A DNA stretch of 64,000 bases from positions 23,498,001 to 23,562,000 of the forward strand of contig OZ024762.1 in assembly GCA_964016885.1 (NCBI GenBank), read 5' to 3'. Under the pieces are notes generated by a model. It was not told the origin of the DNA. It did no database searches and worked only from the letters and a program-made list of their open reading frames with translations. Origin of the DNA: Eledone cirrhosa. Lineage: Eukaryota. Below, piece by piece: positions 27,841-43,521 of the stretch. The translations under genes were made by a program, and so were the position numbers. Positions within the stretch are counted from its first letter, which is position 1. Each line of letters starts with the position of its first letter.

Positions 27841-28819
27841 ATTCTTTCTTTCTCTCCCTCCTCACTCTTTCTCTCTTTCTTTTTGCCCCTCTTTCTCTCT
27901 CCCTCTTTCTCTCTCCCACTTTCTTTCTTACTCCCTCTCCCTTTCTCTCTCTCCCTCTTTCTCTCTCACTCTCTCTCTTCCTTTCTGTCTTTCTCTCTCC
28001 CTCTCTCATTATTTCTCTCTCTCCCTTTCTCTCTCGCACTCACTCTCTCCCTCTTTCTCTTTCTTTCTCTATCCTTCTTTCTCTTTCTTTCTCTATCCTT
28101 CTTTCTCTATTCTTCTTTCTCTCACTCTTCTTCTTTCTCTCTGTCACACTCTCTTCCTCTCTCTTACTCTCTCTCTCTCCCACTTCCTCTTCCTCTTTCT
28201 CTCTCTCATGCTCTCTCTTCCTCACTCTCTCTCACTCATTCTATCTCTCATGCTGTCTCTTCCTCACTATCTCTCCCCTCTCTCTCATTCTCTCTCTCCT
28301 CCTCTCTCACTCTTCCTATTTCCCCTCCTTCTCTCCCCTCTCTCTTTATCCACTCTCTCTTTCTCCTCTCCCTTCCCCTCTATCTTCCCTTTCTACCTCC
28401 CTCCCCCCTCTCACTATCATCTATCTCTCCCTCTCGTTCACTCATTCTCCCTCACTCTTCCTCCCTCTCTCTATCTCTCTCTATCTATCTATATTTTTCT
28501 CCCTCTCTCTTTCACTCATTCTCTCTCAGTCTTCCTCCCTCCCTCTCTTTTTCTCCACTCTCTCTTTCTCCTCTCTCTCTTCCCTTCTCTCATTCTCCTC
28601 ACTCTTCCACCCTCCCTCTCTCTATCTATCTATCTATCTCTGCCTCTCCTTCACTCATTCTCTCTCACTCTTCCTCACTCCCCCTCTCTCTACCCCCTCC
28701 CTAACACTACACTCCCCCGCCATTGCTGTCATACATTTCTAAAGATTCTATTTTTTCAACAATCTTATTATTCTCGTTTCTTCGTTTCCTGCCTCAAATA
28801 ATTGTTTTTTCTTCACACG

Positions 28820-29988
28820 TATACACACTGTAATATACACTGTAATATACACACTGTAATATACACACTGTAATATACACACTGTAATATACACTGTAAT
28901 ATACACACTGTAATATACACACTGTAATATACACACTGTAATATACACTGTAATATACACACTGTAATATACACACTGTAATATACACACTGTAATATAC
29001 ACACTGTAATATACACACTGCAATATACACACTGCAATATACACACTGTAAAATACACACTGTAATACACACTGTAATATACACACTGTAATATACACTG
29101 TAATATACACTCTGTAATATACACACTGTAATATACACTCTGTAATATACACACTGTAATATACACACTATAATATACACACTGTAATATACACACTGTA
29201 ATATACACACTACAATATACACACTGTAATATACACACTGTAATATACACACTGTAATATACACACTGTAATATATACACTGTAATATACACACTGTAAT
29301 ATACACACTGTAATATACACACTGTAGTATACACACTGTAATATACACACTGTAATATACACACTGCAATATACACACTGCAATATACACACTGGAAAAT
29401 ACACACTGTAATACACACACTGTAATATACACACTGTAAAATACACACTGTAATATACACACTGTAATATGCACTCTGTAATATACACTCTGTAATATAC
29501 ACACTGTAATATACACACTGTAATATACACACTGTAATATACACACTGTAGTATACACACTGTAATATTCACACTGTAATATACACACTGTAATATACAC
29601 ACTGTATTATACACACTGTAATATACAAACTGTAGTATACACACTGTAATATACACACTGTAATATACACACTGTAATATACACACTGTAATATACACAC
29701 TGTAATATACACACTGTAATATACACACTAATATACACACTGTAATATACACACTGTAATATACACACTGTCTGTAATATACACACTATAATATACACAC
29801 TGTAATATACAAACTGTAACATACACACTGTCTGTAATATACACACTGTAGTATACACACTGTAATATACACACTGTAATATACACACTGTAATATACAC
29901 ACTGTAATATACACACTGTAATATACACACTGTAATATACACACTGTAATATAAACACTGTAATATACACACTGTAATATACACACTG
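28820..29988. repeat. 14-bp minisatellite, ~83 copies
   Basis: Unit TGTAATATACACAC. Confidence 0.95.
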
Positions 29989-30379
29989 TGGTCGATAATT
30001 ATTTTGACGGTTGTATATACACATATATACATACGTACATACGTATATACATACATGCACACATACATACATATATACATCCATATATACACACTGTGGG
30101 CGGTAATTATTTTGACGGTTGTATATATACACACATACATATATACATACATACACACATGCACACATACATGCACACATACATATATACGTCCATATAT
30201 GTACACATACATACATACTTGCATGCATGCACACACACATACTTACATACTTACATACTTACATACAGGCATATATACATACATACATGCTCACATATAT
30301 ACATATATATATGCACACACACATACATATATACTCACATGCATGTACATACACATACATATTTAAATACATGCACATG

Positions 30380-30436
<57 letters not shown>

Positions 30437-30872
30437 ATGTATATATGTGATGTATGCATGCATCTGTGTATGCATGTATGTTTATATGTAATATATGCAT
30501 GCATGCATATATATTCATGTAATATATTCAAGTATGTATGTTTATATGTATGTAATATATATATATATATCTATGTATATATGTATGTAATATATATATA
30601 TGTTTGCATCTATATATGCATGTAATATAAGCATATACGTATGTATTTTATTTATGTCTTTAATATCTGAATGTAATGTATGTATGTATTATGTATGTAT
30701 GTTTGTATGTATGTATGTATATATGTATATGTGTATATAAATTATGTAATACATATATGTATGTGGTGAGTGGTAGTGGGTTCGGTGTATTTACCTTCAT
30801 TTGTAAATTTAAAATTTTCAACAGGTGCTCCGTCGTAAATAAAATTTTGAAAAGGTAGAAAAAAAATGTATT

Positions 30873-30913
<41 letters not shown>

Positions 30914-31656
30914 GTTTCTTGCAAAATTATATTAAAAATGTTTAATCTTAATAACGTTTAAAAAAATATACCATGAGGTGTTTAAATATTGAACAAAACA
31001 GCAACAACAACAACAATAACAACAACAACAACTCTTAAACAACAACAGCAATAACAAGAACTATCACACAGCAACAGTATATACAATTACAACAACAACA
31101 GTAACAATAACAACTCTCTCACAACAACAGTAACAAGAACAACTACAACAACCATAACAACAACAACGGCTGCAACAATAGCAGTAATAACAGTAATAGC
31201 CACAACAACAACAACAACACAAACACCAACGAGAAAAAAACATATTATTTATAATGGCAACAAAAAAAATCCAAAAAGATAGAAAAAACAATAGCTACAA
31301 CAACAGCAACAACAACAAATACAACAAGAGCAACAACAACAAATACAACAAGAGCAACAACAATAACAATAACAACGACAATAACAACAACAGCAATAAT
31401 AATAACAATAACAACATTAACAAAAATAACAGCAGTATCAACAATAACAACAACAGCAACAACAACAATAACAACAGCTACAATAGCAAGAATAACAACA
31501 GCCGTATCAAGAAAGAATATCAACAACAGTAACAACAACAATGATAGCAATAATAATAATAAAAACAACATGAAAAAAAAAACGAATCTGAAAAGTCAGT
31601 CCGCCATTTTATTAAAGGAATTATATTGTATGTTTTTTTATAATTTCTTTGTTTCT

Positions 31657-31691
<35 letters not shown>

Positions 31692-32189
31692 TGCTTCATA
31701 TTGTTTTTATGTCGCACAAGCTGTGACTTGGTAGAGTCGTTAGAGCATCGTATAGAAGGTGTTGTGCTATTTGTTCAGGCAATCTACACAGTTCAAATCT
31801 CACCGAGGTCGATAAAAAAAAAACTTCTACCAGTTAAGTAGTGGCAGTCGAATGCATTTGCCCAAAAAGAAGAACTGGTCTACATCATTGGTTGAAAATG
31901 AAGCAACAGGTTTTATATAAAAATGACCTTCTCCTAGAGAGATGTCTTAATGAAGACTAGGAGTCTCTCACTCCACAATAAATAGATACTTTATTATATG
32001 GCCGTTGATTCTCCCGAGTTCCTCCGCCTTTTAACGGGTTTGTTTTTCATCCCACTGGGTTGTCAAAATCACTCTCCTCACCAAGAAAGTTTGGTGAGGT
32101 TGCCGCTTTCGTCCCCAATGACCGACCATGCACAGGTTGTACTGAGTTACATGTTAGCAGTAGCGCTGAAGAGTGACCTGACATACACA

Positions 32190-32812
32190 CGCACATATAC
32201 GTACATAATGGCTACAAACTCGTGTTTGAGCATTGCCAAAATGCTTTAAAATGTGAGACACGGATGTGGCTCTTTAAACCAACCAAAGACTTGCACCCTC
32301 TGGCACACAAATGGCAACGGTAGACTCTTTTGGAACTTTCCATTGCTTCGTTCTAACTGTGCTCTCATATGTCTTTTCAGATCTCCCATGCTAGCACATA
32401 CCTTGCCACATTCCTTACACCTTTTCAAATCATAATCTACATGAGCTCTACTGAAATGACTTTGTTCATGTCTAATCAAACAAGCTTTGCTCAGGTATAC
32501 TCGACCACAGTGCTGGCAAACCAGATGTTTCTCAACTTCCTTTTCAATGTTAGGTGTTCCCTTCGACGAATTTCAAAGTGTTCACTTCCTGACTTGATCA
32601 AAGGTCTCCACTTCACACTTCGTCAGATGAAATTCTAGCACAAGCCAAGGTGCCCTTGACACAGTCCCAGTATCGCATTTTTGGTTTGTGTGGTGGTCGC
32701 CTTCCTTTGAAGTTCACCGTACAGAAGTTGCTTTGGAATACGATCATCAGACATCCAGACCACCTGACCGCACCACCTCAACCAATGCTGAAAGATCATG
32801 CTTTCAATGCTC
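32190..32812 (-). mobile_element. RTE-clade LINE 3' fragment (decayed)
   Basis: LRWCGQVVWMSDDRIPKQLLYGEL motif, C2H2-like CKECGKVCASMGDLKRHMRA, and (ATGT)-like tail and flanks. Confidence 0.8.
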
Positions 32813-33363
32813 ATACATACACACATACATACATCCATAATTGTTTCTACTTTTGGCACAAGGCCAGTAATTATCCCAGTGTATCACTGGTACTTTATTT
32901 TATCGACCCCGTAAGGATGAAAGGCAAAGTTAACCTCGGCGGGATGATGTTGTGTAAATGAGAGTCTTGTAACTATGTTAGAAACCGACCCTCTCTCTAT
33001 TGGCAAAAATTTGTGAAATTATAAAACCAGAGGAGCATACATACATACTGTCAGGAAGTCAAAGACAGAGAGCGGAATCTGTGCCAATACTTAATATCAT
33101 TTATCGATCAATCTTTTATTTATCCATTACCGAAGGCAACATGGGTATAAGTGGGATTTGAACTCAAAAGACAGGAGATCATAAATAAATTGTACAAAGA
33201 ATTCTAGTCACCATTCTGAAGACTTTAGCATTTCTTAAGTAATTGGTGAATTGAATCAAATGAAATCTCGGTTTGAGATGCCGCCATTTTATGTTTCAGA
33301 TGTCAAAGTGTGTTTTAGCTTCTGCGTATGTGCGTGTGTGTGTTTGTGTGTGAATGTGCGTTG

Positions 33364-33419
<56 letters not shown>

Positions 33420-33596
33420 TATATACATCATACAGATATGAATATATTAAATACTCACCTCAGGAGATCAGCAGGAAATAAAGATAACTGGCATCAAGTT
33501 GTCTCCCTTCCTGTTGACACACACACACAGACTTACACACATATTTATGTATATATATATATATGTGTGTGTGTGTGTATACATACATAAATATAG

Positions 33597-33635
<39 letters not shown>

Positions 33636-33780
33636 TATATGTATATATATATACATATATATATAGATACATATACATATATAAATACATACATACATAC
33701 ATATATGTATATATATATACATATATATAGATATAGATATATATAGAGAGATACATATACATATATAAATACATACATAC

Positions 33781-33815
<35 letters not shown>

Positions 33816-33930
33816 CATACGCACATACAATATACATATATATATGTATATATCTATTATATATCTATCTCTAAATATATATCTATATATATATTTATTA
33901 TTATAAATATATTTATATGTATATATAGAA

Positions 33931-34003
<73 letters not shown>

Positions 34004-34367
34004 CAGAGAGAGAGAGAGATTTGGGGTGAGGACACAAGATTATAATATATTTCTTCTAAATATCTTGTGAGAAAGTAATTTCAACAATTAATTTTTCTGT
34101 TCACCATCTGCACTAACTCGGTTTCAGCCTCTAAGTCTTCGTCAGTACAAAACTTAATGTAACGTTAATATCGTCGGTCTGTATTGAAAGTTGCAATATA
34201 TAAGGAGGCGTCGTAGAATCCATGCTGAACTTATTGTCTGAGCTGTATAGACAATAACTATACAGGTGGTGGAAAAATAGACTTTATTGAATATCAACTA
34301 TAAGTTGTCCTTGTAATATTGTAATATTAGTAAGGATAGGGGCGCGGGAATGTCTATGTATGTGTGT

Positions 34368-34440
<73 letters not shown>

Positions 34441-34610
34441 AAAAAGTATGACCCCCGACGGCAGAGGTCAAGCCGTTTCGACGGCTATTTCGAAACGGCT
34501 TGAGCTCTGCTGTCTGGGTCATACTTTTTCCTATTTCCCACTCTACTACCGTAAGTATTGAGTACTCTGGTGCGTTATATTCCATCTGGTTCCTTACCAC
34601 AATTCCTTTG

Positions 34611-34662
<52 letters not shown>

Positions 34663-34670
34663 TTATATAC

Positions 34671-34709
<39 letters not shown>

Positions 34710-34938
34710 TTATATACATATTATATATATATATATATATATATATAAATATATATGTATATGTATATACATACACACACAATATATATATATGTATATA
34801 TACATACACATACATATATATATATGTATATACATACACATTAATTTCTCTATTTTCATTTATATATCTGTATATATATATATATATACATATTTTATAT
34901 GTATATATATATATATATGTGTATATATATAAATATTA

Positions 34939-35006
<68 letters not shown>

Positions 35007-35446
35007 ATATATATATATTTGTATATATATAAAGATTATATATATATATGTATATATCAAATAAATTAACGGAGCCATAGACTCTCGCTATTCCCTGTTA
35101 ATAATGTGCTCAAAGGAGAAGAAATCCTGAGCTCTTTAAAATACGATATGTTGAAAGGGTAACACACTAGAGAGAGAGTGCACCGTCAATAAAAGAGGGA
35201 AAACCACCAGTGTATCGAATCTATAACCTATGAAAGGCAGGGTAGACACACGATAATTAAAAATATAAATTAAAGTGTATATACTTACCTCTATAACTAT
35301 ATAACACACACGTATAAATCCAAAGAGATATGTTTCGCCAATAAGTTGTTGACAGAAATGAAATAGCCCATGTTCATCAGCGTGTGTAAGGCTGTACATT
35401 TCAGACAACTCTAAGAGAATTTAAAGCGACTGTCTGTAAACTAAGG

Positions 35447-35807
35447 CCCCATATTAACTGTAAAACTAGAAATGTAGTATATAGCATAAGATATACTGAA
35501 GGACAATGTAGAGATAAGAATATAGTGTACATAGGTGAGACAGCTCGTAGTATAGGAGAACGGATAAATGAACACTGGCGAGAGCTTCAAGATAGAAAAG
35601 AATCATCTGTACTCCACCAACATGCTAAAATAGAAAATAAGGGGTAAATTAGAGAACATAGAAATAAAAATAGAATCTAGACACAGAAAAGACGCAATGT
35701 TTAGACAAATCACAGAGGCAATAAACATAAATGAACTCCAACCTAAATTAAATAGAAAACATGAATCACAACTTACAATTAAGGACAAAATGAAAACACA
35801 CACATAG
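35447..35807 (+). pseudogene. PLE GIY-YIG endonuclease remnant (not in the ORF track; one frameshift)
   Basis: Manual translation: NCKTRNVVYSIRY..GQC...IVYIGETARSIGERINEH...LHQH / RQITEAINI..LQPKLNRKHE. Confidence 0.85.
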
Positions 35808-36240
35808 AACAAACAACCAACCAGTAACATGTAAATAAACAAATAAATAAACAAATATAAACAGACGCAGACACCCGGATGTAACACATACGCAAACTAA
35901 GCACACAACACACACAAAAACAAGATGGCGTAGGACAGAACAAATGAGAGGCACAAAAACAAAGAAAAGAATCCTAGTCACTGAAAATGTCACAGAATGT
36001 GTGACGAAAGAACTTTGATAATATATGAACAACCGTCTGGTTGTGGAACCAACCAACCAACCGGAAATTTATAAATTCTTAAATTTATAAATTTAATTTA
36101 TAATAAATTGAAGTGAAAGCAACTGGTGCGTGTGTTTCTTATTGGCAACATGACCCTCCCAAAGCATAACAATATCGGTTTCAACACACGCTTTCAGATA
36201 AAAATCTTGCTAAACAAATTCAGAAACGAAATGTATATAT

Positions 36241-36334
<94 letters not shown>

Positions 36335-36849
36335 TTGTATATATATATATTTGTATATATATTGTATATATATGTTATATATATTTTTATATATATATGT
36401 ATATATATATATATTTATTATATACGTATGTGTATATATATATATATGTGTGTGTGTATGTATATATACACACACAATGTACCTGTATATATATATGTTA
36501 TGTATGTATGTTTATAAATCTCATGTATATGTATACGTTTGTAAAGCTTGAGGAAGGGAGAACATCCATCTCTCTCTCTCTCTCTCTCTCTCTACTTCTT
36601 GCTTTCTCCTTCTCACTCTCTACTTCTTCCTTTCTTTCTCCCTCTCTCTCTTTCTCTCACACTCTCTCTCTCTCTCTTTATTTCTTCCTTTCTCTCTCTC
36701 CCTCCTCCCTTCCTTCTCTCTCTCTCTCTCATCCACACACTCTCTCTCTCACCCTTTCTCTCCCACTCTCTCTTTCTCTCTCACACACTTCTTCACTCTC
36801 ACCTCACTCTCCTTTTCTCTCTCTATCTCTTTCTTGCGCGTTTTTTTGT

Positions 36850-36881
<32 letters not shown>

Positions 36882-37292
36882 CCCCCCCCTCTCTCTCTCT
36901 CTCTCTCACCTCGTCCTTTCTCGCTAATTGGTTCCCATATATTCTATTTGATATAACAACAAGAATGTGAACTTCGTTATCAACAGATTTTTATTAGCAT
37001 AAGGAAGAACGACAATTCAGTTATGAGCAAGAACGCGTTGAGAAGTTTGGAACTGCTACAGCGCCACCTGTTGTCAATTGCAGTTTCAAGCAGACAGAGA
37101 AACGAAAAAGAAAAAGGGAAGAAAAAACGACTTAAGCTTGAAACACGCCATGACAGAGGAGAAAGATGGAGAAAAAATGTAAACGTAATCGTATTTCAAC
37201 AGAAAATATATGTGTATATACACGTTCACATATATATATATACACCTTTACCTGTTCCAGCCATCCGGCTGAGGCCATGCTGGGGCACCACC

Positions 37293-37331
<39 letters not shown>

Positions 37332-37520
37332 CGAAGGAAATATGGTAAGGAACCAGATGGGCATAACGCACCAAAGTACTCAATACTTAGGGTAGTAGAG
37401 TGGGTAATAGGAACGAGTAGGACCCCGGCAGCTGAGCTCAAGCCGTTTCGATGGCTAATTCAGTCCAGAATTAGCCGTCGAAACGGCTTTGAACTCAGCC
37501 GTCGGGGTCCTACTCGTTCC

Positions 37521-37552
<32 letters not shown>

Positions 37553-37614
37553 TAATAATATATATATATTATATATATATATATAAATATATATATAATA
37601 TATATATATATATA

Positions 37615-37652
<38 letters not shown>

Positions 37653-37718
37653 AATATCTATATAAATATATATATATATATATATAAATAAATATATATA
37701 TAATAAATATTTATATAT

Positions 37719-37903
<185 letters not shown>

Positions 37904-38057
37904 TACTATATATATATATATATATAAATATATTAATAAATATATATATATATAAAGTAATATATATATAATATAAATAAATATATATATATAATAAATA
38001 TATATATATATATATATTTATATATAAATATATATATATTATATATATTTATATATA

Positions 38058-38145
<88 letters not shown>

Positions 38146-38321
38146 TATATATATATTTATATATATATATAAATATATATATATAAATATATATATATAT
38201 AATTATATATATATAAATATATATATAATATAAAATATATATATATAAATATATATATATATAATTATATATATATAAATATATATATATATTAAATATA
38301 TTATATATATAAATATATATC

Positions 38322-38357
<36 letters not shown>

Positions 38358-38530
38358 ATATATATATGTTGATAGTTATCATGATTCGGTTTGTATTATT
38401 TCCTTATTTTATCTTTTTAATTGAGTCTGGCAAACCGTATTGTCATAGCGATTTAGGTCCCTTATGATTTATACGCATATATGTATATATCTGTGTTTGT
38501 CTCTCATTATTATATATATATATATATATA

Positions 38531-38719
38531 TGGGCGGTGGGTTGGCAGTATCGGTAGAGGGTCGGACGCCATGCTTTCCAGCATAGTTACGTCCCTTTAC
38601 GATCTGAGTTCAAATCCCGCCGAGGTTGACTTTGCCTTTCATCCTTCCGGGGTCGATAAAATAAAGTACCAGTAATGCACTGGGTAATTGCTGGCCTTGT
38701 GCCAAAAAGTAGAAACAAT

Positions 38720-38721
<2 letters not shown>
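38531..38721 (+). mobile_element. Near-complete tRNA-derived SINE (other partial copies 31725-31845, 32838-32945, 43997-44080)
   Basis: TGGCAGTATCGG A-box, GAGTTCAAATCC B-box, core GTTGACTTTGCCTTTCATCCTTCCGGGGTCGATAAAATAAAGTACCAGT. Confidence 0.9.
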
Positions 38722-38753
<32 letters not shown>

Positions 38754-38852
38754 AATATGGGGAGAAGAATACTGTATGGTTGCACATGGATTACATGTTA
38801 TAAAATGAGTCCCCTCATCAGTGATTTGCCAACGATCATGGTATTTCATCGC

Positions 38853-38892
<40 letters not shown>

Positions 38893-38897
<5 letters not shown>

Positions 38898-39575
38898 AAT
38901 GATTAATAAAACAGATAGACATCATAAAAAGGCAATTTTATTCCAGGTGTTTACAAATGTTTCTTTAGTAGTTACGCAGCCTACTCATGCTATATGCAAA
39001 TTAGTAGTTATTAATTTGCAGACACTCAATTTTAAAATTCTGCTCGTACCACCAAATCGTCAGAACGAATGGTTGAATCATGGTTTCTTTATATTTCTTA
39101 AAGGGATTAATTAGGGAAGATAGAGTAGAAAAGGAAGAGAGAAAGAGAGGGAGAGGGAGAGATAGATATGTAGCGGTAGGAGAAATGGGAAGGACAGGTT
39201 TGAAGAATACAGGTAGCTAATCTAAATGCTATGACAGGGGCGCCAACAAGTGGTTTTATTATACTGCTTACTCTCAAAGAAACAACTTAGGCATTGTGTT
39301 GATAGTATCAAGTTTGGAATTATTTATTGCCAGAGGGTAGGTTAAAGAAACATTTGTAAACACTTGGAATAAATTGCCTCTTTATGATGTCTATCTGTTT
39401 CGTTAATCATTCTTTATCTACACTCTGGAATATAGGAGAATCGAAAACCAAGTTTCTTTAACTGTTCTTTTGTAACTCGTTGAGTAACCCCTCACCGTAC
39501 GTCGACTGTATCTAGTGTAGTAATTAACCATTATTGCAGTCAGGAAAATACTAAGCATTTCTTGCATAACCTAAT
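38893..39575. mobile_element. PLE 3' UTR/pseudo-LTR fragment with an inverted, tailed second arm; related to 61485-62060
   Basis: 38893-38966 is inverted at 39343-39418; homologous to 61485-61720. Confidence 0.75.
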
Positions 39576-39591
39576 ATATATATATATCTTT

Positions 39592-39805
39592 ATCGATCGA
39601 CTTTCGTCAAATCGGACCGAGGAAACAATGTTTTCGTCGGTCTTTCCAGTTGCTAATACTATCTATCGGTCGCAACTCCGGGCAGAAGTAGCAACGTGAA
39701 ATAAAGTGTCTTTCTCAAAGACATAACGCATCGCCCAGTCCTGGAATCGAACTCACAACCTCACGATTACAAATCCAATTCCCTTACCACCCAGCCACGC
39801 GCCTG
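39592..39805 (-). mobile_element. Second tRNA-derived SINE family (other copy 60822-61035)
   Basis: GGCGCGTGGCTGGGTGGTAAG...GTTCGATTCC head followed by TGTC(C/T)TTGAG(C/A)AAGACACTTTATTTCAC core. Confidence 0.85.
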
Positions 39806-40773
39806 GAAATGTTACTCATAATTTACTAGATAATGGGAAAATGTATGACCCCCGACTGCAGAGCTCAAGCCGTTTCGACGGCTATTTCTGAGTCCAGAAA
39901 TAGCCGTCGAAAGGGCTTGAGCTCTGCCGTCGAGGTCATACATTTCCCTATATATATATATATATATATATATAAGGATTAGATTACGGTATTTAGACTT
40001 TACATATCATGTTAGATGTCTATATATTTTTTCTGTAACATCATAATTGTTCCCTGTACCAATATAGTTTTTTGGAGTATTATTGTATTATATTATATGA
40101 TTGATATTTCCCCATTTATTATGTAACCCAATATGAACCATGTTGTACATATGGTAATTGTTAATATAATGTTCACTGTGACATCTATATTGTTTCTGTA
40201 AATTAACCGGATATTATATATATTCTTATTTTATATATATTCTACTTTATTATATTGTATTATATTATATAATTTTGTTGTTTATTATTTATTATAAGTG
40301 TTTCTTGTAATTATTGCCCCATGTATATTGGGTAGATATATTAGCATTATTTTCACTATTACCATGTTTATTTTTTAATATTTTTGAGGCTTAATTTCTG
40401 TGTAATAGAAAATAGATATGTGTATTGTAATGTGTGTGTGTGTGTGTGTGTGCGCACATATATACATGTATATATCGCAGCTTTTGATTTTTGATTTGGA
40501 ATTTCAGTGTTGGTATAGATATATTATTATTAGAATGTATTATACTGTGTTATATATAATTCCTGTTCTATATAACCAAATTTGTTTAGATTTAAGTTGG
40601 TGACTTTGGACCATATTTGTAATATGGTTCTTAATGTCATCTACATCCTTAGTTATTATAGTTTTATCCTCATTTTTATTATCCTGTATCCTTGTAAGAC
40701 ATTAGTATATGTAAACCCCATATTCTTCAGAGTTCTGGCTTGTATCTGCCGAAATTACTTCTTGTTGTTTTGA

Positions 40774-40815
40774 TTGCCCTGATGAGTCCTTAATAGGACG
40801 AAACATTGTCGGCTA
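40774..40815 (+). ncRNA. Minimal type I hammerhead ribozyme with canonical core
   Basis: GCC-CTGATGA-GTCCT[TAAT]AGGAC-GAAA-C[ATT]G-TC-GGC; GUC cleavage triplet ends at 40810. Confidence 0.9.
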
Positions 40816-40858
40816 ATAAAAACTTTTGATGTATTAAAGGATTCTTTGTTTTACTCTC

Positions 40859-40910
<52 letters not shown>

Positions 40911-40957
40911 TATGTATATATATATATATATAAATATATGTATATATATATATTAAA

Positions 40958-41022
<65 letters not shown>

Positions 41023-41459
41023 TATATATATATAAAATATATATAAATAGTGAAAAATGGAACGGGAACAAAACAGAGAGCCAGTACGAACAAATGTTTA
41101 TTAGTTTCACGCTCTTGAGAGTGGGGGGTCTATATATATATACATATATATATATGGAGGAGGTTATAGTTCACTTGAAGCATTGTGTAATGAGGTATAA
41201 ACGTTAGAATATGTGTAATAAGGCCAAGAAAATGCAGGTATGGACATAGAAAAAAGAATGCAATAGTGAAAGATATTGATGTGAATTCGTCTTTCACCTT
41301 GAATTTATTTAAATGTCCTTAATTTTCGAGATAATATCTCTTCTTCGGAGGGAAGTAAAGGTCTCAGACCAGCGTCTTTAAATCTCTAATGAAGCCATGC
41401 TGACCGGAAATAGTATAGAGTATCTTATTTACTTATTTACTTACCATTCGACAAAGGTA

Positions 41460-43093
41460 AAGAGTTCTGCGTCATCTCTCAAGCCACATACAATAACCTA
41501 GCCTTCGAACACCTAAGCGACAGTGAACTGTACACAGTGATCCCGGACATGACCGCAGCCCAAATCGAAAGCAGACCAACTCCATTTGGTTCGATATCTG
41601 TAGGAGAAGACAACTCCCGATTAAATTAAACTCAACTACACCACTAGAAATAGCAGACTGCCACTTTCTACCACCTCATCAAGACCCACAAGAATAGCAC
41701 TAAGACGCAAATAAGACCCATCGTCTCTAGCATAGAAGGACCCCTATACAAAATTTCCTGGCTTCTCTCCCAGGTCCTCAAGCCTCTACTCTCCACCTTC
41801 CCGGACATGTCAGTAGCTCCGACGAAGTTATACGTAGATTACACCAACTCCAGCCAGAACAACTTAAAACTTAATAAATACGCTTTTAGCCTCGACGTTG
41901 TCTCCCTCTACACTACAGTCCCCGCTCACCCAGCTGTCGATTTATTGACGGACTGCGTGGTCGCAGAGAACATCCACTGCTACGGCCTCCACCCGACGGA
42001 CATACACCAACTTTTGTCCTTCACAGTAGACAACACGTACTTCACCTTCCACCACCACACATACAGACAGACAACAGGATTACCCATGGATCCAGCCTCT
42101 CGGGGCCTGCTGGCCATCACTTACATGAACCAGCTAGAATGCCGAGCCCTCAACACCTGCCATTCCCATGCCTTCTTCACCCGATATGTAGATGACATAC
42201 TCATCTTACATCATCCCGTGAGGAGGCAGAGAAAATATACACAACATTCTCCAGCATGGACGCCAGTATAAAGTTCAGCATGGAACACCCCGATGACCGC
42301 GGATCACCTATCCCTGCTGGACTTCCAACTCAGGGTAACAGAGGAAGGCAACATCCACACCTGCTTCTATAAAAAATCCGCCAGCAGGACCTGTTCGTAC
42401 ATTTCAGATCGGCCCTCCCACTCGGTGCCAAGTTCGGATACATAAAGAACGAACTGGCAGCTATCAAGAACAAATGCACCGACGCCAGAGACCGAGACAC
42501 ACACACCACAACATTTCCTGGAAGTACTCAAACTGAACGGATACACGACATCCACCACAAACCGTGCCAGAAAGAACAGAGGACACCACACCCGAGGCAC
42601 TAACACTTGCTTCCTGAAGCTCCCACACTTCAGTGAAGAAACAAACAACAGCCATCCGCAGAACCATCAGACGAGAGGGTCTGGATATTCAACTGGCCCA
42701 TTCGGGTCCTTCTTTGCGCGGACAGCTGGCTAAGAGACACTCCACCAGACATGACAACTGCTGCAGACTAGCCAACTGCCCCATCAACGACACAGACCTA
42801 TGCCACCAGGCTTACGTAGTATACAGACTAGAGTGTGACAAATGCAACAACTTCTACGTAGGTAGCACCACCAGACCACTCCACATAAGAATAAAAGAAC
42901 ACTCAATACTAACGCTTCCTCATTTAGAAACACCTAGTTAAATGCAAAAACACCAATAAAAACATAACAGTTAGGATAGAAACTAAGGAAAGAAACCTCG
43001 GCAATCGTAGAATCAAGGAAGCACTTATTATAGATAGAACACATCCACCAATCAATAATAGACTAGAGCTCAACACCCAATTTATAACCTGAT
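41460..43093 (+). pseudogene. PLE reverse transcriptase plus GIY-YIG endonuclease (frameshifted)
   Basis: FYHLIKTHK...IRPIVS, FSLDVVSLYTTVP, YRQTTGLPM, FTRYVDDIL, VVYRLECDKCNNFYVGSTTRPLHIRIKEH. Confidence 0.92.
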
Positions 43094-43521
43094 AGGGCCT
43101 CTAGCCCCATTTTTACACACCCCACTCACACACGCACGCGCACACCTCCACTTATTCTCTCTCACACATACACACACTAAACAGTTCTAACACCAGATAA
43201 CACCTACCCCCCACTTTTACGATTAGACCTATTCTTCCCACACTCACACACACACACCCACATACCTACACCTTCATGCATTCTCCCACACACATATACA
43301 GGCACGCATATAAAATTTAAAAAAACAAAACAAAAAAAATTTAAAAAAAACAAAACAAAAACAAAAACAAAACATAAACAAACCCCTCTTAAAGGGAGAC
43401 TACTCTTTATCCACCTAATTTTAATTCTTTGATATTAGAGTTAGAACAGATAGTCTATACTATTTCCGGTCAGCATGGCTTCATTAGAGATTTAAAGACG
43501 CTGATCTGAGACCTTTACTTC

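Noticed and set aside
28748-30240. Repetitive VCILQCVYYS ORFs
   Set aside because: Read-through of a 14-bp satellite lacking stops on one strand
33459-33510. Minus-strand exon-like segment (CAACAG...GAG|GTGAGT)
   Set aside because: Stop codons in all three frames; could only be non-coding and has no other support
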